A stretch of 64,000 bases of DNA from a virus. Lineage: Duplodnaviria; Caudoviricetes. The stretch is taken from the IMG/VR virus record IMGVR_UViG_3300032213_002110, positions 1,620 through 65,619 of that record; one strand, given 5' to 3'. Positions 56,009-62,751 of this stretch are shown here, in pieces; position 1 is the first letter of the stretch, and each line of letters begins with the position of its first letter. Position numbers and translations under genes: made by a program. The notes beneath the pieces are model-generated. The model had not been told where the DNA came from. It saw only the letters and a list, made by a program, of their open reading frames with translations, and made no database searches.

Positions 56009-56063
56009 ATATTTAGTTTTATTTTTTGTTTATGTTTAGCGGTTGAATCTCAACCTTGTAAAT

Positions 56064-56092
56064 ACTTTATATTATATCCTCCAAAATGTCAA
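56064..56092 (-). promoter_or_regulatory. sigma70-like promoter
   Basis: TTGACA, 17-nt spacer, TAAAGT; leader hairpin GGTTGA/TCAACC at 56041-56055. Confidence 0.65.
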
Positions 56093-58095
56093 TGACTTTT
56101 TTCAAGAAACATTCTGTTCATCGTTTTTGCAACCTGTAAAAGATTGTTTGGATTGATGAATGAAGCATTTGTTCCATACATTTTCTTAAACAACTCTACA
56201 GAGTTTGGATTAACATAATCATCATTCTTGATAAAATAACTCAAAACAGAATATCCGTTGTTCTTGATCTTTGTTACTTGTTTCTTTGTATGAATAGCAG
56301 CAGATTCTTGACTATAGCTAATACGATCACCATTCTGTGTTGTATAGTTCATAGCTGGTTCACCATCACTGAAATTCAGAAAATAATAATCTGATTCAAT
56401 GGATGTCTCTGGTAAATGTTTCATAATTGCTTCATATGACAATCCTTCTGGAGTAGATCCATTTGGATACAAATATGGAAACAATGACTTAATTTTACTG
56501 ATCTTATCCACAGCAGAATCATATCCAATAATCACATAAGGATTAGAAGAACAATTACTGTTGCTAGAATTAAATGTAGTTCTAAATGATACGGTTACCC
56601 TTAGATTATCAATCATAGAAGCAGCCTTACAAATAGCCACAACACTAGTAATAGTCTTTGTCCATTTGTCTCCCCTCATACTTGAACTTGCATCTACAGA
56701 AATGTGAATATATGAATGTTTATACTTTGAAACATCAATTGTATGAAATACATTTTCATTATCAAAAGACAGTTCAGATAAAATTCTACGGTCAATCTTA
56801 CCAACAGGCTTACGCATATACTTGGTATTATTAACTTCACTACGAATCTGTAGTTTACGTCCAAGAGCCGCACCCATTACCAATCCAGCATTTACAGCCT
56901 TTTGGTTGTCTTGATTAAGAACAGCAGTAGAATCATAACGTCCAATATGATGATTGTATACAACATATTTCAATGGAAATACATCAGTCTCAATCAATTC
57001 TTTGGTCAATTTAGTTACAAGAATAGTATCAACACTGTAGTATCCATCTGATTTTAGATAATCAGAACCACTCTTTACCAGTGTCATTCCACTCTGTTCA
57101 ATTGCGTCAAGAATCTTCTTCTCCTTTTTATTAACTTTCTTCTTCTTAATATTACCGTTCAAGAAATCTTTCTGTTTTTGAATAGCTTTCTTGATTTGTT
57201 TATTTTTACTCTCTGATACTTCAGGATCAAAACTACTATCATTCTTTACATCATTTGGTACTGGATCTGTATTTTTTCCACCCAATGCATCATCTACTGA
57301 TTCTCCTTCTCCTTTTAATCCATCTTCTGATGGATCACTATCTTTCTTTTTATGTTCAGTAATGTTACTAAGAATGATTTTAGCTACTTCCATAGCAACA
57401 TTCAAACGGTCTTTTGGTGTAGTTAACCGTTGAATATTAGACAGATTAATTACCCTAGCAATTTCACGCAATCCAGGCAATGCATCCAAATCAGTATTTT
57501 CATTTGTAAAGTTAATCATACGAGTTTCATAACTTTCAATACAAGGTACACGATAAAGATTGCTCTTTAACATCACTTTAATCTTTGGACTATCAAAAAA
57601 CTTCTCATACAACGCCAAATAATATCCACGATAGCCTGGAGCATTGTTATATACATACCAATCAATATAACGGTCTTCTACATAGTTAAGACAGGTCTTG
57701 ACCAAGACAGCTACTTCATCTTTACTAACTTGAAGTGGTTGTGCCAAATCATAAAGACTACGATCAACCTTTGTCCAGAGAGTCTTAATCAAGTCAAAAT
57801 CAGACAATACAACATGACTACCTTCATGTAGTGCAAGTCCTACAGCAGGATCAAAGTCTGATTTTTCAAGAATATCTGCGGACAAATATACAGTCTTACC
57901 ATCAGTACAATTGTCCTTACCTTCAGAACTAAAATAAACAGAAACAGATTTGCCTGTCAAAATATTGACGAAGTTACTTACAGCACGGCGTGCTACAGCC
58001 AACTTAATTAGATTGAAGTTTACAGATGAACCAACATCAACGTCATCTTGATAGATGTCATCATCATCCAACCAATAATCACTGTAATTACTCAT
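56089..58095 (-). CDS. VWA (MIDAS) domain protein with N-terminal HExxH metallopeptidase-like domain
   Basis: ALHEGSHV and NYVEDRYID; C-terminal VDASSSM, TPEG, FSDGEP. Confidence 0.8.
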   Translation of the reverse strand: MSNYSDYWLDDDDIYQDDVDVGSSVNFNLIKLAVARRAVSNFVNILTGKSVSVYFSSEGKDNCTDGKTVYLSADILEKSDFDPAVGLALHEGSHVVLSDFDLIKTLWTKVDRSLYDLAQPLQVSKDEVAVLVKTCLNYVEDRYIDWYVYNNAPGYRGYYLALYEKFFDSPKIKVMLKSNLYRVPCIESYETRMINFTNENTDLDALPGLREIARVINLSNIQRLTTPKDRLNVAMEVAKIILSNITEHKKKDSDPSEDGLKGEGESVDDALGGKNTDPVPNDVKNDSSFDPEVSESKNKQIKKAIQKQKDFLNGNIKKKKVNKKEKKILDAIEQSGMTLVKSGSDYLKSDGYYSVDTILVTKLTKELIETDVFPLKYVVYNHHIGRYDSTAVLNQDNQKAVNAGLVMGAALGRKLQIRSEVNNTKYMRKPVGKIDRRILSELSFDNENVFHTIDVSKYKHSYIHISVDASSSMRGDKWTKTITSVVAICKAASMIDNLRVTVSFRTTFNSSNSNCSSNPYVIIGYDSAVDKISKIKSLFPYLYPNGSTPEGLSYEAIMKHLPETSIESDYYFLNFSDGEPAMNYTTQNGDRISYSQESAAIHTKKQVTKIKNNGYSVLSYFIKNDDYVNPNSVELFKKMYGTNASFINPNNLLQVAKTMNRMFLEKSH

Positions 58096-58126
58096 ATATT
58101 TTGACAGGCAATGTTTTGTTTATTTA

Positions 58127-59098
58127 TTAGAACGGAGGTTGTTCTAGTGACTTAGCCAACGGATCTGAAAACAACTTGTCCTTAGTTTCAACCTTGACAT
58201 ACTTTTGAACCAATTGTTTTACATATGTCCGTTCACTATCCATACCTCCTTCAACCGCAAAGTTAGGATAAATGGCAGTCTCAGCAATTTCAAGTAAATT
58301 AAATCCATCCAAGATCAATTCCGAAATCTCAACCGTTGAACGAGTTGGAATAAAATTACTCAACTTGCTGTCTTCGTTCTTGACTTGATCACGGGTATGA
58401 ACTGCAATTTCAACAACCGCATTCAAAATATCAAGATGGCCAACATCAGAAATATTGAAACGGTTCTTTAGATAATTGAACTCTACTTCTTTGCTCAACG
58501 GACTCATTTCCAACTTGACAGGAAAACGGCTCATCAAAGCACGATCCATAACACGGGTAGAAGTATACTCATTACCAATGTTAGCCGTACCAATGAAACA
58601 TACACCTTCAGCTACACTGACCACTTCACTGTCCTTCTTTTCATCCAAACGTAGATAACGTTGTAGATCATCAAGAACAGTCATCAACACGTTCCAAGCA
58701 TCATGATGAGCACGGCTAACTTCATCCATCAAGATTACTGCATTTGGAGTCTTAATAGCCTTAACAAAGGCAGATTCATTGAAGTAAGTACCAGTGTTCT
58801 TATCATAATGAGTATTACCAATAAGAGCACTACGAGCATCTTGGGTAGCACCAAGATTGAAATAAAAGTAAGGACGTTCCAGAGCCTTAGCTACCGTTTG
58901 AGCAGCCAATGTCTTGCCACATCCAGTAGGTCCAACGATTAGAATGTTCTTGCCACGCATTACGCTGCGTACAAGATACTTCCATTTAATTGAATCCATC
59001 ACCAAAGAGGATGGCTTCAACTTGTCACAGTCCTTGATGAAAGACTTAACTTGAGCTGCGTCAACGGTTACAAGATTCAGAGATGATTTATTCTTCAT
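58127..59098 (-). CDS. MoxR/CbbQ/NorQ-type AAA+ ATPase
   Basis: GPTGCGKT, NLGATQD, LMDEVSRA, FIGTAN, MDRALMSRF. Confidence 0.88.
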   Translation of the reverse strand: MKNKSSLNLVTVDAAQVKSFIKDCDKLKPSSLVMDSIKWKYLVRSVMRGKNILIVGPTGCGKTLAAQTVAKALERPYFYFNLGATQDARSALIGNTHYDKNTGTYFNESAFVKAIKTPNAVILMDEVSRAHHDAWNVLMTVLDDLQRYLRLDEKKDSEVVSVAEGVCFIGTANIGNEYTSTRVMDRALMSRFPVKLEMSPLSKEVEFNYLKNRFNISDVGHLDILNAVVEIAVHTRDQVKNEDSKLSNFIPTRSTVEISELILDGFNLLEIAETAIYPNFAVEGGMDSERTYVKQLVQKYVKVETKDKLFSDPLAKSLEQPPF

Positions 59099-59110
59099 AT
59101 TACAGAAGAC

Positions 59111-59139
59111 AATCTATCACGGGTTTCTTTGAACGTCAA
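59111..59139 (-). promoter_or_regulatory. sigma70-like promoter for the AAA+/VWA operon
   Basis: TTGACG, 17-nt spacer, TGaTAGATT; ATG 12 nt downstream. Confidence 0.6.
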
Positions 59140-59145
59140 CTCTAA

Positions 59146-59179
59146 AAATAAAAAAACTGCTAGTTTGATCTAGCAGTTT
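59146..59179 (-). terminator. intrinsic terminator
   Basis: AAACTGCTAG-N6-CTAGCAGTTT stem followed by a T run on the minus strand. Confidence 0.8.
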
Positions 59180-59196
59180 CATGTTTAAACTTAATT

Positions 59197-59511
59197 TTAA
59201 TATCTGTGCCAGTGTCCGTGATAATGTCCATGAACAACTACCACTGGTGCTGGTTGATAATAATAAACAGGTTGTGGAACATATACAACTTGTGGTGGTG
59301 GTACATATTGAACAACAGGAGCAGAGTGAACTACAACTGGTTGATTAACATATACAACTTGTGGTTGTGGAGGACATACAATCCTTTCAACTACATGAAG
59401 AGCAGCTACACCAGTAAGAACTTTACCAACTGTGGCCCACTCTCTGTCACCGGCTTTTACATTGGTAAGTGCTACAAATGCAGCCAAACCCAATGCGATT
59501 TTATTTTTCAT
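59197..59511 (-). CDS. exported Pro/Val/Tyr-rich small protein (PXPV-repeat-like)
   Basis: Signal peptide MKNKIALGLAAFVALTNVKA, GDREWATVGKVLTG, PQVVYV repeats, His-rich tail. Confidence 0.7.
   Translation of the reverse strand: MKNKIALGLAAFVALTNVKAGDREWATVGKVLTGVAALHVVERIVCPPQPQVVYVNQPVVVHSAPVVQYVPPPQVVYVPQPVYYYQPAPVVVVHGHYHGHWHRY
59278..59365. repeat. 19-bp perfect direct repeat inside the PXPV-like gene
   Basis: AACATATACAACTTGTGGT at 59278-59296 and 59347-59365, encoding PQVVYV. Confidence 0.85.
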
Positions 59512-59512
59512 A

Positions 59513-60175
59513 TTATTTCTTTTTGTTTGATTTACCCTTGAATGTCTTTTGTTTGACAGTCAATTTCTTATCAGTTTGTTTAGGATACTTATAAGAAGCC
59601 TTTTCACCTTTAACACTATGATCCACTTGTTTCTTGATCTTGTCAACTGGTTTTAATGGTTGATCAGGTTGATCTTCTTTCTTTTCAACTTGATCTTTTA
59701 CTTCAACCTTTTTAAAGGTATGTTGTGGACCTTCTTCTTTCTTGGATTCTTTGTCCTTATTGTTTTCAACATTCTTGTTGAATGCCTTTTGAACATAATT
59801 GCCAACGGTAGTTTTTAGTGTTTCTGTAATAAATTCTTTTAGTGAAGAAAATGTTAGATTAAATTTTTTGATTCTGTCTGTATTGTCTTTCATATATGTT
59901 ACTGTAAAATTGTCATCGGTCATTGGATAGATTTTAAAATGATGTGGATTGCAAGAACATACATTATAATAACCACCATCATCCAATGTTACTTCTGCAT
60001 CTTTATATAATTTCTTAACTTCATCGGCTAGTTCTTCCATCTTGTAATGAAGAGATTCACCCTTTTCAATTTTTACATCTTTCAATGATTCTTTAATCAA
60101 ACTTTTAACAGATTGTTTTACTTTAACTTCAAGAATACATTCTTTGATCAGTTTCTTAAATTCGCTTATGTTCAT
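59513..60175 (-). CDS. Lys/Glu-rich hypothetical protein, possibly virion-associated
   Basis: TATTTATA 7 nt upstream (60183-60190); N-terminal FKKLIKECILE. Confidence 0.6.
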   Translation of the reverse strand: MNISEFKKLIKECILEVKVKQSVKSLIKESLKDVKIEKGESLHYKMEELADEVKKLYKDAEVTLDDGGYYNVCSCNPHHFKIYPMTDDNFTVTYMKDNTDRIKKFNLTFSSLKEFITETLKTTVGNYVQKAFNKNVENNKDKESKKEEGPQHTFKKVEVKDQVEKKEDQPDQPLKPVDKIKKQVDHSVKGEKASYKYPKQTDKKLTVKQKTFKGKSNKKK

Positions 60176-60193
60176 ATTTCTATATAAATATCA

Positions 60194-60976
60194 TTAAAAA
60201 AAAGATTGTTCATTGGTATTTTCAACTTTTATCTCCATTATGTCTTCTTTATAACCACCAACTAGGGGGTAGGGGCGGGAGGGGTGCTTAAGAGTCTTGG
60301 TTAATTTCTTATTTTCAACCTTATTTGATATAAATTTAATATATCTATGTTTACCGCTTTCCTTTTTCCTCCAAAATGTTCTACCAATTTTCAATTTCAA
60401 CTTATCCACATTATGTGTCTTCCACTTTGAATACACAGTTCTACTATGTATCCAATCATAATCTGGTGGACCACTAAGACTTACACTATAATTAGGCATC
60501 AAAGCAACATCCACATAATTATCCCCTTGGTAAATAAATCCAGTTGCTTGATAAATCTTACCAGTATGTCCTACTTCACTATCCGCATAACTTAAAATAC
60601 ACTTAATTTGTGGATAATCCTTGTTTATCTGTCTAAATGACTCAGCAATACAATAACTTTCAATATTCTTACCGTATCCATCTTCAATCCACAATCTGGT
60701 CAATTCTAACACATTATCATTCTTAATTAGTGGAGTAATACTATTACTGGCATTTCTACCCACACTGTTTCCATATACTAATACACCAATTAATTTTGCG
60801 TTAAAACCACCAAAGAATGTACTTTCAACATATTCTTTATAATAAACACCATAAGCAACAGTACAAAGAGTCCATTTATGAGTATAATGGTTCTTTACAA
60901 TAAGATTCTTTGCAATATTCTTGTTTATTGATTTCAGGAATACCAATGATGTATCACAATACTTTTCTTCTGTCAT
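60194..60976 (-). CDS. Mom-like (GNAT-fold) putative adenine-modifying enzyme
   Basis: IVKNHY, LIGVLVYG, LELTRLW, ESYCI, ILSYAD..VGHTGKIYQATGFIYQG, KHRY. Confidence 0.75.
   Translation of the reverse strand: MTEEKYCDTSLVFLKSINKNIAKNLIVKNHYTHKWTLCTVAYGVYYKEYVESTFFGGFNAKLIGVLVYGNSVGRNASNSITPLIKNDNVLELTRLWIEDGYGKNIESYCIAESFRQINKDYPQIKCILSYADSEVGHTGKIYQATGFIYQGDNYVDVALMPNYSVSLSGPPDYDWIHSRTVYSKWKTHNVDKLKLKIGRTFWRKKESGKHRYIKFISNKVENKKLTKTLKHPSRPYPLVGGYKEDIMEIKVENTNEQSFF
60265..60284 (+). other. canonical G-quadruplex motif on the template strand of the Mom-like gene
   Basis: GGGGG-TA-GGGG-C-GGG-A-GGGG. Confidence 0.75.
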
Positions 60977-61226
60977 ATAACCAAATAAAAATTAAAATTG
61001 TACAATTCAGTATAATTGAACCAATACTATTAATATATACCCACAATCCCGAGTGGGTTAATTGAGCATATATTAATACACATAATTGACCCATGTTATT
61101 TAACCAATAAGCTGGTGCGCTTACTCCTTTACTGTCTTTAGAAGAAATCAACTTTGCCAATTGAAAACACGGTCCCAGTAGAAATAGGACCGTGAATAAA
61201 ATACCCAAAAATGATTTTAAACTCAT
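60954..61226 (-). CDS. PQ-loop/SemiSWEET-like small membrane protein
   Basis: Three hydrophobic helices; GPCFQLAKLISSKDSKGVS matches the PQ..K....K....VS pattern. Confidence 0.65.
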   Translation of the reverse strand: MSLKSFLGILFTVLFLLGPCFQLAKLISSKDSKGVSAPAYWLNNMGQLCVLIYAQLTHSGLWVYINSIGSIILNCTILIFIWLYDRRKVL

Positions 61227-61232
61227 GTAACT

Positions 61233-61260
61233 ACTATACCAACTTAACTTACTTTGTCAA
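61233..61260 (-). promoter_or_regulatory. sigma70-like leaderless promoter for the PQ-loop/Mom-like operon
   Basis: TTGACA, 16-nt spacer, TGgTATAGT; ATG 6 nt downstream. Confidence 0.7.
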
Positions 61261-61629
61261 TTTCTTTTTGCCTATACTTACTTTACTTTCTGCCAACTTT
61301 GAAATCAAATCATTTGCTGCATCCAACTTAATTTCCAATTCATTCAAGTTGTTCTTTAATTCCGAATTTTCTTTCTTTTGTTCTTCCAACTCTTTCTTTA
61401 TAGATTCATTTTCTTTCTTATATACATTCAATTCACTTCTGATTGCCTCTCTGTCTTTTCTGCATTCTTCCAATTCTACTTTTACTTCGGTTCTTAACTT
61501 ATCACTTGAATCATTAATTAATTTTACCAAATCAACTTTAGTCTTCTTAGAAGCAATTCCATAAGTTACTACAGATGCAACTACAGCTGGTACAATTCCA
61601 ATCAATGATAAAATAATATTTTGGTCCAT
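61249..61629 (-). CDS. single-TM coiled-coil protein, candidate lysis or envelope factor
   Basis: N-terminal IILSLIGIVPAVVASVVTYGIA followed by KKTK and a long heptad region; start codon sequestered in a 14-bp hairpin. Confidence 0.55.
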   Translation of the reverse strand: MDQNIILSLIGIVPAVVASVVTYGIASKKTKVDLVKLINDSSDKLRTEVKVELEECRKDREAIRSELNVYKKENESIKKELEEQKKENSELKNNLNELEIKLDAANDLISKLAESKVSIGKKKLTK

Positions 61630-61662
61630 AAGTTATACACTATAAATATATAACTTATGGAC
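61624..61662 (-). promoter_or_regulatory. perfect 14-bp hairpin covering the start codon, with TATTTATA in the loop
   Basis: GTCCATAAGTTATA (61624-61637) and TATAACTTATGGAC (61649-61662); the loop reads TATTTATAGTG on the minus strand. Confidence 0.75.
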
Positions 61663-61680
61663 ATTATTTCAATTATTTTA

Positions 61681-62739
61681 TTACAATTTGAAGTCGTCAA
61701 ATGCATTCTCACTGATAGTATTATCTACACCTTTGACATAACTACTCAATTCAGTTTCTTGAGGAGCTACTTGTAGTTTCTTACTATCATAGTAACTATC
61801 CAACCATCCAGCTAATGGATTGGATTTAGCAGCTGGATACAACTTCTTATATCCAAGACTTGTTAATCTGTTATTAGCTAACCATTCAATGTAATGTTTT
61901 AAACTTTCAGCAGTCAATCCAATTAAACTACCCTTACTGAATAGATAGTCTGCCCAGTCTTTTTCTGCATTTACTGCCATTTCATAAGCAGCATAGATCT
62001 TGTCTTCATTCTTTTTAATAATATCTTGGAATCCTTCGTCTGGATTATTAATCCAGTTCTTCATAATATTCTGAGTAATAGCTACATGTAGATTTTCATC
62101 ACGGCTAATAAACTTAATAATCTTACTATTACCCTCCATCTTTCCACGATATCCAAAATAGAAACTACAAGCAAATGATACATAGAAAATCAACCCTTCA
62201 GTAATCTGAGTGGCTAATACCGCATCAAACAATTGTTGTTTAACATCATCTGATGGTGCTAATAGTTCATCGTACTTCTTACTGATTGCAGTAGCTCTCT
62301 TAACAATTTCTTCGTCTTCCAAAACACTATCAAAGAACTTGGTAGCATCTGGATAAACATTGTTTAGAATGTATGTATAACTGTTACTGTGAATAGTTTC
62401 AAAGAAACTCCATGAATTCATACAAATTTCTAATTCACTATTGGTAACATGTTTCATAAGTTCATGAATACTACGACTCAACATACTATCAGTCATAGTT
62501 TGAAACTTGAGATTACTATCAAAAACAAATCGTTCTTCAGGTGAAAGATTCTTATAATCACTAATATCCTTTACCAAGGAAACTTCTTGAGGTCTCCAAA
62601 AGAAATTCAATTGTTGATCATATAGATCATAGAACTTAGGATACTTGATCAGATCATATCTTTGTAGAGATAGATCTTCTCCCAAGAACATTGGATTTCT
62701 TAATTGGTCTATATTTTTCTTATTTAATACTGTTTTCAT
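61681..62739 (-). CDS. nrdB: ribonucleotide reductase class Ia beta subunit
   Basis: FWRPQE, DSMLSRS, ETIHSNSY (radical Tyr), TEGLIFYVSF, RDENLH. Preceded by an AGGAGG Shine-Dalgarno (62745-62750). Confidence 0.95.
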   Translation of the reverse strand: MKTVLNKKNIDQLRNPMFLGEDLSLQRYDLIKYPKFYDLYDQQLNFFWRPQEVSLVKDISDYKNLSPEERFVFDSNLKFQTMTDSMLSRSIHELMKHVTNSELEICMNSWSFFETIHSNSYTYILNNVYPDATKFFDSVLEDEEIVKRATAISKKYDELLAPSDDVKQQLFDAVLATQITEGLIFYVSFACSFYFGYRGKMEGNSKIIKFISRDENLHVAITQNIMKNWINNPDEGFQDIIKKNEDKIYAAYEMAVNAEKDWADYLFSKGSLIGLTAESLKHYIEWLANNRLTSLGYKKLYPAAKSNPLAGWLDSYYDSKKLQVAPQETELSSYVKGVDNTISENAFDDFKL

Positions 62740-62751
62740 TTTATCCTCCTA

